DNA of 64,000 nt. It comes from a virus. Taxonomy: Duplodnaviria > Heunggongvirae > Uroviricota > Caudoviricetes. Numbering within the stretch: the first letter of the stretch is position 1; every line of letters starts with the position of its first letter. The translations under genes and the position numbers were made by a program. The stretch lies in the IMG/VR virus record IMGVR_UViG_3300009008_000002. One strand, given 5' to 3'. Shown here one piece after another: positions 28,625-37,950 of this stretch. The notes beneath the pieces were generated by a model, which worked only from the letters and a program-made list of their open reading frames with translations, did no database searches and was not told the origin of the DNA.

Positions 28625-29576
28625 ACACTTTTAATAAAAATTTGACAGTGAATTCCTGAATTCCCGGTGATTTACTCTCTCTGTTGCCCGCAATATTGAC
28701 GATTCGTATATCGTTTTCCTGAAACCAAGCCTTTACAGTTTCAACTTGTTCAGAGAAATCGTTTTTCGGATCAACGTCAACATAGGGCTTGTTGTAATCT
28801 CGAATTCCCTTCAGAGTGCATTTCTCGCCCACAGAACCCCAATTTGAGGCAATTCTGATTGTGCCATCAGAATCCTTGGCATTCAACCGAGTTCTAGGGA
28901 CGTAACTATCTGTCTCCGTTTCAGTTAGGCCAAGCACCTTCAACTCAGGACTCGCCCCTTTTTCTGTTCTAAAGCCTTTGGGAATCCACCCGCCAGTGGG
29001 TATTTTCAGCATATATGCGGCTTGCAATCCGCCCTGATCAGCACCAGTTTGGCCACCAGAAATTACCCTTTCGACATTATAACTGGTTTTCCCCAACTGT
29101 GAACTTACAATTTCACTAAACCCTTCTTCAGCCTGAACTTCCTGATAAACAGACAAGTGGTGGCGGGCATTCACCAACCAACGCTCATACGAAGTGCCCC
29201 TAGAATCGTGTTCCGTTCGTCTCTTAGCATGAACCTCTGGGGATTCTATGGGAAACAGTATGGCGATTGGTTCCGCTTCAAGGCTCTTGGCAAGAGCAAT
29301 CCAACGGACACGACTTTGACGAGCAAGGTTCAATCCCCTATCAATTATTACATCTTTGCCCATAGCAATGGCAATATGTAAAATATGATCTTCGATAGAC
29401 TTGTAAAGGGGCTTTAATTCTTTGGAATAAAGAGTGTAGACGCCACCATGAACAGCAGTCACGATGGAATCGTCATTTATGACGATAGCACCTTCTTGTG
29501 CTCTTTTTGCTGAGTAGGTTGACTTGCCAGAGGCAATCATGCCTACCAGAACTTCAATTCTAGGTTTGCTTTTCAT
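28566..29576 (-). CDS. P-loop polynucleotide-kinase-like domain fused to C-terminal SLOG (MoCo-carrier/YpsA-like) domain
   Basis: N-terminal Walker A VGMIASGKST, then IVINDDS and DRGLNL…R (PNK/zeta-like kinase layout). C-terminal ISGGQTGADQGGLQAA…GGWIPKG…DSDGTIRI matches the SLOG/MoCo-carrier-like signature. Confidence 0.7.
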   Translation of the reverse strand: MKSKPRIEVLVGMIASGKSTYSAKRAQEGAIVINDDSIVTAVHGGVYTLYSKELKPLYKSIEDHILHIAIAMGKDVIIDRGLNLARQSRVRWIALAKSLEAEPIAILFPIESPEVHAKRRTEHDSRGTSYERWLVNARHHLSVYQEVQAEEGFSEIVSSQLGKTSYNVERVISGGQTGADQGGLQAAYMLKIPTGGWIPKGFRTEKGASPELKVLGLTETETDSYVPRTRLNAKDSDGTIRIASNWGSVGEKCTLKGIRDYNKPYVDVDPKNDFSEQVETVKAWFQENDIRIVNIAGNRESKSPGIQEFTVKFLLKVFEDFGYGDPVQSVGEGERV

Positions 29577-29603
29577 GCAAACATTATATTTATTTGGTCT
29601 ACT

Positions 29604-29879
29604 TTATGCAACCTTATTATTGATAAATCTAATCAATTCATCATGCGTATAACCTGCCTCAATCACGTAATCCTCGATAAACTCAATCTGATCTTGAGTA
29701 AGAAAATCGAAATGTTGGAGTTCATCAAGAGTGACGTTTCTACGTCGGACGTGCCATGCGGCAGATAGAAGTCGGTTGTTTATTGAGCTATCAAACAACC
29801 GATTGCAATTTGAACAGCTAGAGATCCCGTTAGCTAAGGGAGCATCTAGTATGTGACCACAAAATGGGCAATATAACAT
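29604..29879 (-). CDS. small zinc-ribbon protein
   Basis: CPFCGH…CSNC four-Cys ribbon at the N-terminus. Confidence 0.4.
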   Translation of the reverse strand: MLYCPFCGHILDAPLANGISSCSNCNRLFDSSINNRLLSAAWHVRRRNVTLDELQHFDFLTQDQIEFIEDYVIEAGYTHDELIRFINNKVA

Positions 29880-29893
29880 ACTACCCTATTTAT

Positions 29894-30229
29894 TCATTTC
29901 GTGGAAATATTAAAACCCAATGCTGTTGCTATTTCATTTAAATAAAACTGCTTGCCTTCTGGTGTGGGATCAAGACTACCATTTTTCAATAATGCCTCTA
30001 CGTCACCTAAGCCATTCTTAAACGCAGTAACGGCTCCGTCTACCATTTCCTGCAATGCTTCTAATTGCTGGGACCGTTGTAGAAATATTTCTAGCCGGGG
30101 TCCAGTCTCAAATAGACTTTCTAATTCCAGACCTTCATCCAACTCTTGCTCTGTGATCTGCCCAATTCCTGCTTTGAACCACAACTCATTCAAGCGAGCT
30201 ACTTTTTCAAGACGTTCTTCATCCATCAT
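29894..30229 (-). CDS. hypothetical protein (111 aa)
   Basis: ORF followed by an A/T-rich hairpin region. Confidence 0.35.
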   Translation of the reverse strand: MMDEERLEKVARLNELWFKAGIGQITEQELDEGLELESLFETGPRLEIFLQRSQQLEALQEMVDGAVTAFKNGLGDVEALLKNGSLDPTPEGKQFYLNEIATALGFNISTK

Positions 30230-30286
30230 AATAAAAAAACCTCGTTACCCTAATAGAGCAACGAGGTTTTTATTTTGAACGGACTT

Positions 30287-31573
30287 CTACACGAAATCAG
30301 ATTCCTCATCATCGTCATCGTAGTCCGCATCGTCGTCGTCATAATCTTCGTCTTCAGCGACGACACTTTCGACTTCATCCTCTTCCTGATAGTCAGCTAT
30401 GACTTCTTCGGCTGAGGCAGCTTCATCATCATCGACTTCCTGCTCGGCGGTTTCTTCTGTGTCAGCATCATCCTCTACATAATAATCGGAGAACACCGAT
30501 TTAATGAGGGCGATTGGCTCTTGGTTTCCGCCTGTGAGAATCGAATCTACGATAGCACGGGCCAGATTCAGATGATCCACTTCACCAATGAATTCATCGT
30601 CTTCGTCGTGACCATCATTCCCTAACCACTTATCAAGCGATTTTAGAATCTTCTTGATTTTGGCTTTGCTGAGGGAAGATGATACGTGTGTGGCACCGAC
30701 AACAGTAGAAGCAGTGTTGAGGTTTTTATTTCGAGCCTGCGGAGTAGTGTCTTCCGCCTCTTCAAGTGCCGCTTGGGCAGTGTTGAGGTTTTCGTGCGCT
30801 TGTTCCGCTTCCTCTGAAGCCTGCTCTTTGTCGTCGTCGTCACCCATGACGTTAGCAGCAGCCACATTGGCGTCTGCCGTTTCGACTTTATCCTCGGCCT
30901 TTGTCACGGCTTTCTCTCGCTTTCCTATTTCGGCCTGCCAATCTTTGGCAAGGTCGTCAAGGGTTGCTTTGAGCAAAGCGTGACGCAATTCAACTTCCTC
31001 GATAGCGGCCAATTTTAAAGCCACCCGCAGACTGAGACGACCATTCTGGTATTCCTCGAACGTGGTAAGATCGAGATTGCCAAGAATGTCCATCTGGCGA
31101 AGCCAAGGTTTGGTCCGACCAGTGATTTCTAAAATCTTCTCGTCAGAAAAACCGATTTTTCGCCAATGACGAACACATGCCGCCGTGGCATTGTCGCCAA
31201 TCGGCTTGCCCGTATCATTATCGCGCCACGCGATGATCCAGGCTTCATCGTCGGTAATACCTTCGTAGATACGAACGGGCACCGACTCTTTTTCCAACTT
31301 CATGGCACAGCGAAGTCTTCGTTCACCGGCCAAGAGTATTAAATCACCATTATCCAGCTTCCTGAGAAGAAGTGGGTTGGTGATACCGCGAGTGTCAATA
31401 TCCTCACAAAGCTGTTCCATTGACTGGTTTTCAAAGCCTTGTGCAGACAACTCGCCTTCGCCGCCCTGGTGGAAATGGCGGGGATTGCAGAAGCCGTCAT
31501 CCGTCAACGAATCTGCAAAAATGATTTCCCCAGGAGAAATTTGTTGAACTTCCGGCATTGTGGCGGTAGTCAT
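30287..31573 (-). CDS. ParB N-terminal-domain (ParB/Srx nuclease-like) protein with extremely acidic C-terminal tail
   Basis: LLAGERRLRCAMKL (GERRxRA ParB box II); C-terminal ~60 aa almost entirely D/E (DEDYDDDDADYDDDDEESDFV). Confidence 0.65.
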   Translation of the reverse strand: MTTATMPEVQQISPGEIIFADSLTDDGFCNPRHFHQGGEGELSAQGFENQSMEQLCEDIDTRGITNPLLLRKLDNGDLILLAGERRLRCAMKLEKESVPVRIYEGITDDEAWIIAWRDNDTGKPIGDNATAACVRHWRKIGFSDEKILEITGRTKPWLRQMDILGNLDLTTFEEYQNGRLSLRVALKLAAIEEVELRHALLKATLDDLAKDWQAEIGKREKAVTKAEDKVETADANVAAANVMGDDDDKEQASEEAEQAHENLNTAQAALEEAEDTTPQARNKNLNTASTVVGATHVSSSLSKAKIKKILKSLDKWLGNDGHDEDDEFIGEVDHLNLARAIVDSILTGGNQEPIALIKSVFSDYYVEDDADTEETAEQEVDDDEAASAEEVIADYQEEDEVESVVAEDEDYDDDDADYDDDDEESDFV

Positions 31574-31603
31574 GCTCTAGAACCTCCAATCCTGTTTGTT
31601 GAG

Positions 31604-32236
31604 TTAGAAAGCATAATTCTTATTTTCTTTACGACAACGAAGTTGCCAAGAGACTTCATACTCCTTTCTCCCAAAATTATCAAGCGAAGAATTCTTCTTT
31701 TTTAGGACTAAACCTTCGATTTCGTCCAATTCGATGAAATCTTGAAATCGGGGAACAAAATCTCGATCAAAAGTTTCAGCCAACCACACGTTCTCTGAAA
31801 CTACTAAAGCGATTCCGTTCGCTGATTCCCTTTCTTCAGGACTTCGACATATACTTTGAAGCAACTCATATCGCTTCAAGAGGTTAGGGCTACCGAATAA
31901 ATACCTACCAGCCTGCAACACGTCGAACAAAACCACACGATTTTTGTATTGTGGATCACTTGTTTTTCTATGCAAAAGTTCAGCGTCAAACCAGTATTCC
32001 TTACCCGGTTCAATTGCCAAATCAAGGATTTGTTGAGCTACCTGATCTGACAAACTCCACTGCTTATGGGGGGAATTGTGTCTTGTCCACGCCGCAACTT
32101 GGCCATTGGCGCTAACATTCAGGACAGTCCTAGTCCCATTGAACTTTCTCTGGGCTACCCATATTCCCTGTCTTTCGTATTTGGGTAGCTCTACGGGACG
32201 AATTCTATGCTTGGGGCGGGGCGGGTAAATGGCCAA
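31604..32236 (-). CDS. minimal ATP-dependent polynucleotide ligase/capping-enzyme-superfamily nucleotidyltransferase domain (no OB domain)
   Basis: Motif I AQRKFNGTR (KxNGxR), motif III FDAELL, motif IV VLFDVL, motif V EGLVLKKKNS in correct order and spacing. Confidence 0.55.
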   Translation of the reverse strand: MAIYPPRPKHRIRPVELPKYERQGIWVAQRKFNGTRTVLNVSANGQVAAWTRHNSPHKQWSLSDQVAQQILDLAIEPGKEYWFDAELLHRKTSDPQYKNRVVLFDVLQAGRYLFGSPNLLKRYELLQSICRSPEERESANGIALVVSENVWLAETFDRDFVPRFQDFIELDEIEGLVLKKKNSSLDNFGRKEYEVSWQLRCRKENKNYAF

Positions 32237-32361
32237 GGTAATGTCCTTTCAACAGTAAGTTTAAGTGATTCTGACTGTCTCTAGGAACTACAATTTTTTC
32301 CATACCAACCACCTTACCCACGATTATAGCATAGAATTTGGAGAAGTGAAGCTGGATATGC

Positions 32362-32679
32362 CTATCCGACTTTCAATTCATTCCGCACCGTCAAAGCAAG
32401 ATACGGAATGGACGACCCATTGATCGCACGTCGCACCGCCTCTTGGGCCATTTGCTTCTGATAATACGTGCCCACATCACCTTGGATAATCAAATCCCCA
32501 TCGTCATACGAAACAATTATTTTACAGCATTCTACCCCGGCACGAACGTGTGGCTCACTTAACAGTTCGTCCTGCACCGCCTCCATGACTTTCCGCATGT
32601 CCATTCTCTCCATTTGTATATCCCGGTTCCACACATCTAAAAAGCTGTCCACAATCTTCACACCGCACTCGTAGCGCAT
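32362..32679 (-). CDS. hypothetical protein (105 aa)
   Basis: ORF. Confidence 0.3.
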   Translation of the reverse strand: MRYECGVKIVDSFLDVWNRDIQMERMDMRKVMEAVQDELLSEPHVRAGVECCKIIVSYDDGDLIIQGDVGTYYQKQMAQEAVRRAINGSSIPYLALTVRNELKVG

Positions 32680-33313
32680 GAGATTTATCTGGACGGCGAC
32701 CCGACCTTACGCTGTTGTATGGCGGATCACAACCACATTCATATTTCAGAAAATAATTTTTAGGAGATTTTGCTCTAAACTTAACATGTTTAAATACTTC
32801 AAAATCCACTTCCTGCATCATTCTTTCATACCAATCCTCTCTCAGATCCATAATCTGTTCATCAGGGAAAACTACGCAACCATTTTTACACGGACAATCC
32901 AAACCTCCAAAATCATCACACTGCGAGTGATCAGAAAAATCGCCTACATCACTACTGGAAAGGTAGCCAAACTTATCGTCGCGGGCCACGTAAAGACCAC
33001 ACAATAGAGCCTGTTTGGCATAGTTTTTGTTGTGATATTGATAGTTCGATGAATCTTTTATCGAGTGTATATGGTTGTTGATGTGACAGGCTTGGTGAAT
33101 GACCTCATCTAAAATTATTCGAGGCGGCACATGAGGCATTAAAGTCCCCAACACCAACTCAAAAGGACCGGAAAAAAATCGCATAGCAAAACGATTTCTC
33201 CCCTTGACCTTTATCGCTGGGACCGGCAAGGTATCCTCAAAAAATGTCTTTGAACAATCTTTAAGTATCCTTAAAATCTCTCTCTTCGCTAGTCGATTCG
33301 GCATAAGTCTCAC
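32555..33313 (-). CDS. hypothetical Cys-rich protein with C-terminal zinc ribbon (SprT-like?)
   Basis: C-terminal CGC…CEDCG ribbon; HQACH is not a canonical HExxH, so the protease assignment is weak. Confidence 0.3.
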   Translation of the reverse strand: MRLMPNRLAKREILRILKDCSKTFFEDTLPVPAIKVKGRNRFAMRFFSGPFELVLGTLMPHVPPRIILDEVIHQACHINNHIHSIKDSSNYQYHNKNYAKQALLCGLYVARDDKFGYLSSSDVGDFSDHSQCDDFGGLDCPCKNGCVVFPDEQIMDLREDWYERMMQEVDFEVFKHVKFRAKSPKNYFLKYECGCDPPYNSVRSGRRPDKSHALRVRCEDCGQLFRCVEPGYTNGENGHAESHGGGAGRTVK

Positions 33314-33947
33314 CTTCTTCTTCTAAGCGAACTTCTCGAAATAACTCGCCAATTCCTTCTGCATCCCCCAAATCGACAAATCTAGTTGCCGCCTCTTTTA
33401 ATTTGTAGGAACACTTTTGATCGAAGAAAGCGACCTCAACCGCCAAACCTTTTTCATCTTGTAAACGGGTAACTAAGCGGGCATATTCTTCGTCGCCCGC
33501 CACCAAAACCAAAGTATCAAATGCGGCGTCACGACTTAACGCACACATATCGTAAACAATCTCCAAATTAATATTAGCGGAAAAACCCTGGTGCTGGGGC
33601 AATCTTACCGTGGTGTAGCCAGCACGCTCCAGCACATAATAAAATGAGCGGCGCTTTTTGGCCGCTCTGAGCAACGCTGGATCTGCGTCATCCCTTACCA
33701 CAGGCTCCGAGTAATAAAATTTGGCAGCAGCCATCGTCCTGTTGTCTGCAAGGTATTCCTTCAATTTAATATAGTCGATCCGGCGACTACTCAGAACTTC
33801 CTGCATTTCCTGCACAGCGCCAAACAAGCTGCTGTTGTCCACAAATAACGCTACTTTCTCTTTCTGCCTTATTTCCTCCTGTAAATCATCTAACCTCTCG
33901 ACTAAAAATTGGAGACCACCATCTTCAGGCCATAAATTGGAATCCAT
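33261..33947 (-). CDS. NYN-domain (LabA-like, PIN-fold) ribonuclease; start trimmed to internal Met
   Basis: VALFVDNSSL…, DYIKL…, LVLVAGDEEYARLV…GLAVEV pattern of NYN domains. The listed N-terminal 43 aa look like antisense read-through. Confidence 0.6.
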   Translation of the reverse strand: MDSNLWPEDGGLQFLVERLDDLQEEIRQKEKVALFVDNSSLFGAVQEMQEVLSSRRIDYIKLKEYLADNRTMAAAKFYYSEPVVRDDADPALLRAAKKRRSFYYVLERAGYTTVRLPQHQGFSANINLEIVYDMCALSRDAAFDTLVLVAGDEEYARLVTRLQDEKGLAVEVAFFDQKCSYKLKEAATRFVDLGDAEGIGELFREVRLEEEGETYAESTSEERDFKDT

Positions 33948-34045
33948 TTCGGTTCCCCAAAGTGAAGTGAAAAAGAGACATTTCTTCGCATACTGAGGCA
34001 TGATCGTTGAAAGTATGCACCAAAACCAAACTGGAGTCAAGAGCA

Positions 34046-34732
34046 ATGTCTGGAAAAAAAGAACACGTAGAAACAAAAGTATTCCAGCACGGGAAAAAGA
34101 TTCTCCTGAATATCCACCACGCCGATGACAAAATGCGCGGACATCGAGTTTCCGTCTACATAGCCCGTGATCAGAATGAATTGTTTGGTGATTGGTTGTG
34201 CGACGTTCAGACCTACGATGCCGAAGCCGACGATGGAGAATGGTTCCTCACGTTCCGGGGTAGTAGAGAACTTCCCGAAGAGATCAAATACAAGCGATGG
34301 CCCAGCTACAGAGCTGCCATAGACTTCTACCTACCCTTCAGTATAGCCGTTCGCAACGAAACCGAACGACACCCTCTCCCTGAAGATGTTACCCAAATTC
34401 TGGAAAGTTGGTCAAGATCGCTGTCTGACGAACGGAAAGAACTGGATAGTCGGTATCATGCCCTGATGCGCCGACGATGGGAATTAAAACACCTAGCTGA
34501 CAAATACAATTTGACCAGCCTTGGGTATCAGAATGAAGACACTGACAAGGCTCAAGCACTTCGTCGTCTGCTAGATTTTGAACACTGGATGGAGAAAGAA
34601 GAAAAGACTATTCCGTTCTTTTCTGAAGCTGTTCTCTACGAATTGGTGGGCAAGGAAGACGCCCGCACCATTCTAGCTCTATTGAGGGGTGTAGCAGAAC
34701 ACATTGATCCAGAAATCGCTAAGGAGATTTAA
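34046..34732 (+). CDS. hypothetical protein (~228 aa), divergent from the NYN gene
   Basis: Plus-strand ORF not contradicted by minus-strand genes; start set at the second Met. Confidence 0.4.
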   Translation: MSGKKEHVETKVFQHGKKILLNIHHADDKMRGHRVSVYIARDQNELFGDWLCDVQTYDAEADDGEWFLTFRGSRELPEEIKYKRWPSYRAAIDFYLPFSIAVRNETERHPLPEDVTQILESWSRSLSDERKELDSRYHALMRRRWELKHLADKYNLTSLGYQNEDTDKAQALRRLLDFEHWMEKEEKTIPFFSEAVLYELVGKEDARTILALLRGVAEHIDPEIAKEI

Positions 34733-34782
34733 TTAATGTTCCAAGCGGCAAAATTGACCAAACTCTCAGTCTGTCATTGTTT

Positions 34783-35061
34783 TTAGTCTTGTTGAGGGAC
34801 AATAGTGGTTTTCATGCGTTCACGCCTCTGTTGTCTCTGATCCTTCCACCTATAAACCGCATCCAGTCGTTCTAACTGCTTATGAACCTTTTCCATTGCA
34901 AACTCAATATCACCGAAAATCATGTAGTGCAAGGAATTAGGACGACGAAGAACATTCTCTAGCGCCTCTGCCGCTCGGACAAAATCGGTCCACGCCTTCT
35001 TATCTTGGGGGTCTACCCCCTCAGCGATCATGTCTTCTTTGTATTCATCGTAAGATTTCAT
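34783..35061 (-). CDS. hypothetical protein (92 aa)
   Basis: ORF. Confidence 0.35.
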   Translation of the reverse strand: MKSYDEYKEDMIAEGVDPQDKKAWTDFVRAAEALENVLRRPNSLHYMIFGDIEFAMEKVHKQLERLDAVYRWKDQRQQRRERMKTTIVPQQD

Positions 35062-35134
35062 GTTTTTCGTTTTCTCCTATCTGTGAATTTATTTATGCCT
35101 TGACACTATTATAATTGTAATCTATAATTTTCAT

Positions 35135-35446
35135 ATGCATATTAAAACCCTCACAGATATAATCGATCTTTGCCTCGAAGAAGTCATGCTCGTAGGAAAT
35201 TTCTCGTTCATGGCAGTAAACGGAGGCGTGATGGTCTGCTATAGCTGTCCTGTGGATAACGCAAGCAGACTGGAAATCCAAGCACTATTAAAAGATGAAG
35301 GTGAATTCTCCAACGGAGAAGTGGAAGTTTGGGCTTGTGAAGCCAATGGCATTCAAACCTACTCCAAAGTAGACATCATCGAATTAATCGACGTGCTTCA
35401 AAAGAAAAAAGACATATTAATACAAAAACCCGCCCCAAGTAATTGA
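35135..35446 (+). CDS. hypothetical protein (103 aa)
   Basis: ORF. Confidence 0.3.
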   Translation: MHIKTLTDIIDLCLEEVMLVGNFSFMAVNGGVMVCYSCPVDNASRLEIQALLKDEGEFSNGEVEVWACEANGIQTYSKVDIIELIDVLQKKKDILIQKPAPSN

Positions 35447-35702
35447 GACGGGCTTTGTCTGTACCTTTGTCACCCGGATGATACATGTATTCTATGTATT
35501 TTTATGTCCACAACGCTTGACGGCAAACAGTTACAGCGGCAACATAAGCGCCACTTGTTGCGCTACAAAGCAAATTGAGCTTTGGGCACCTTACATAAAA
35601 GTATTGCCATGTAGTGTTGGTATACACACCGTTTGACTTCCTACAATTATAAGCTGGCATAAAAAATCCCTCCTTAAAAAGGCTCATGCTAATCTCTTAT
35701 AT

Positions 35703-36530
35703 TTAGGTAGGTTGGGCGTATTTTTGAATATCTTTTAGGTAGAGAATTTTATTTCCCTTCGTTATCTGCTCTGTAGTGTCTGGCCTCTTCCGGCGCATAT
35801 ACTTCATAGTGCAATCACCTTCGTGATATATAAAGCTCTTTACAGAGATGGCTTGACTGAATCCGTAAGCTCGCATTCGCTTGGCAAATTCCGCATTTTC
35901 GTAACCAGCAAAGGGATAATGCTTTATGTGTCCTATCCTATTAAATAACTCACGATGACACATTGCACAATACAAAGGTAAATACTCATCCTCTTCATCA
36001 AGGACAATATCCGCAAAATCTGTTTCTTCATCTGGAATCAGGGATGCAGAAGACTTCATCTTAAAATTATCAACTGTAGGGTTATTAGTCAAAGGTGCTA
36101 CCATCTTAATGCCTTGATCCTTCAGTTTCATCATAGATTGACCCAAATTAAGGAGCCAGCGAGGCTCTTTAATCAGACAATCTGAGTGCATTATCACCAC
36201 CCATTTGAAAATCGGCTGATTCTTACGCCTCACCTTATCTAGCGCCTCAATTCCCTTCTGAATACACGCTCCAAAACCAATTTGCTCATCATTTCTGACC
36301 TCTAGCAAATTCGGTATTTGCCCAAAACCGTATTGAATGAAATCCTGATTAGGTGAAGCATCATCAACCAAACAAATTCTAAAATGAGGCGTCATGGTGT
36401 GATGAATTAAACTTGTTACTAACGATGCTACCTTTTCATATTGACCATAAAAAGGAATGACCACATCCACATATTGATCTGAAAAAAGAGGGTGATCATC
36501 TACAAAATTAAAAACTTTCGATTTTCCCAT
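35703..36530 (-). CDS. family-2-like glycosyltransferase
   Basis: VVIPFYGQYEKV…ICLVDDASPN (GT-A fold DxD region). Confidence 0.5.
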   Translation of the reverse strand: MGKSKVFNFVDDHPLFSDQYVDVVIPFYGQYEKVASLVTSLIHHTMTPHFRICLVDDASPNQDFIQYGFGQIPNLLEVRNDEQIGFGACIQKGIEALDKVRRKNQPIFKWVVIMHSDCLIKEPRWLLNLGQSMMKLKDQGIKMVAPLTNNPTVDNFKMKSSASLIPDEETDFADIVLDEEDEYLPLYCAMCHRELFNRIGHIKHYPFAGYENAEFAKRMRAYGFSQAISVKSFIYHEGDCTMKYMRRKRPDTTEQITKGNKILYLKDIQKYAQPT

Positions 36531-37046
36531 TTAAATACCTAAAATTAAATCAGAGGGTGAATCACAATGATATACTGTAGCCTGTTCAGCAAAAGTTGCC
36601 ATAGTGTCATAAGCATCTCCAATGCCATAAAACACGAATTTAGTAGGAACATCTAATCTCTCCTTGAATCTCATGCCCTTCACAACGCCATATTTATTGT
36701 CGGACTCGTACCTATCCGTCACTACCATGATTACCCTGTCATAATCATACGAATCTTCTCCAGCCAAAACAAAGTAAGTTTGCTTAATAGCCTGCCCCAA
36801 GTGAAACTCTGAGAACTTTAACCGCATCATTTGTGCGATAGTTTGGCTTTTGTATCGAGGAACATCTAATTCGTCTTCCCGAAAAACATACACCCTGTCA
36901 TCATGGTGAAGACCCGCTATAAAATGAGAAAACTTTGTTTTGAGTTCATTTAAAAAAGGCGGTCTATTTATATCAAAAATCACACCTATTAAGCTATTTT
37001 GCATTTTTTCTCCTGTGTTTCTGGTGATTGTAAATCTTGCACACAT
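36531..37046 (-). CDS. hypothetical protein (171 aa)
   Basis: ORF; 5' end overlapped by the homing endonuclease gene. Confidence 0.35.
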   Translation of the reverse strand: MCARFTITRNTGEKMQNSLIGVIFDINRPPFLNELKTKFSHFIAGLHHDDRVYVFREDELDVPRYKSQTIAQMMRLKFSEFHLGQAIKQTYFVLAGEDSYDYDRVIMVVTDRYESDNKYGVVKGMRFKERLDVPTKFVFYGIGDAYDTMATFAEQATVYHCDSPSDLILGI

Positions 37047-37950
37047 ACTGAAAAGATGTCCCTAACTCAATTGCTATTTCTTTATAGGTCCAACCTTTTT
37101 CTCTTAAATCAAAAACACTATTAAGTTTCTCTTGGCTGAATTGCCTTGCAAAAGCAGATTTAGAAATATCAATTTTGTAATCCATACACTCACACGGTAT
37201 TTTTTGATCTCTAATTAAATCCATAAAATCAAAGTATGATTTGGCAGGAACATTAATCTCAACTTTATCTTTTTTAACCAACCTTAGTTTCGTTTTAATC
37301 CCCACACCCAATTCTATTAAATCTACAAGTCTTTCACACTCCTCATCAGAAAAACCATCAGTAGAGAAAAATGCTTGCCTGTGCGGGCTAAAATTCCTAC
37401 CATCATCAAAAAACCACACAGCAAGTACAAAGGGAGTAATGTTTAACTTAGAAGGCAAACACTTAACCCTTCTGCCACCTTTCAAAATGTAATCACCATC
37501 ATTGTTTCGTAAATACCACTCTTTTTCCATTTCATAAAAAACAGAATGATAAAGCGTATAGCATTGCCACGACTCTTTCCTTTGTCCTATTTTACCATTA
37601 GGAAAAACAACCTCAGTTGGTGGTCTTGGAATTAATTTGCGAGAAAATGGCTTCAATAAATCATTTTTCCAACTCAAATAATCCTTTTGCACAACCGAAT
37701 GCCATTCTGCAAAATTTGATTTTACTTTTCTTGGTTTAGACAAACTGCCATCGCCCAAAAGCGATCCAATTAAAAGGTTATGCTGCTTTTGAGTAAACAC
37801 ATTTGGAAGATCCACCCTGCGTTTAAAAAGCCCATGCCGTTTTGCAATGCGGTCAACAGTAGACCTTGAAACACCAAAATAATCAGCCGTTTCATTGTTT
37901 GTGTGTTCAAGCCAAATATTTTTAAATTCTTCAACATCAACATCTATCAT
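36994..37950 (-). CDS. LAGLIDADG homing endonuclease (two-motif, single-chain) with flanking HTH-like segments
   Basis: LLIGSLLGDGSL and VLAVWFFDDGR LAGLIDADG motifs ~100 aa apart; free-standing (not obviously intronic/inteinic). Confidence 0.8.
   Translation of the reverse strand: MIDVDVEEFKNIWLEHTNNETADYFGVSRSTVDRIAKRHGLFKRRVDLPNVFTQKQHNLLIGSLLGDGSLSKPRKVKSNFAEWHSVVQKDYLSWKNDLLKPFSRKLIPRPPTEVVFPNGKIGQRKESWQCYTLYHSVFYEMEKEWYLRNNDGDYILKGGRRVKCLPSKLNITPFVLAVWFFDDGRNFSPHRQAFFSTDGFSDEECERLVDLIELGVGIKTKLRLVKKDKVEINVPAKSYFDFMDLIRDQKIPCECMDYKIDISKSAFARQFSQEKLNSVFDLREKGWTYKEIAIELGTSFQYVCKIYNHQKHRRKNAK

Noticed and set aside
33948-34076. N-terminal 43-aa extension of the NYN gene and first 13 aa of the divergent plus ORF
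   Set aside because: The extensions overlap each other on opposite strands and look like read-through; trimmed to internal Met codons.
35420-35470. Possible terminator after ORF 35135..35446
   Set aside because: Only short or imperfect stems (GCCC…GGGC with a 14-nt loop) and no clear T-run on either strand.
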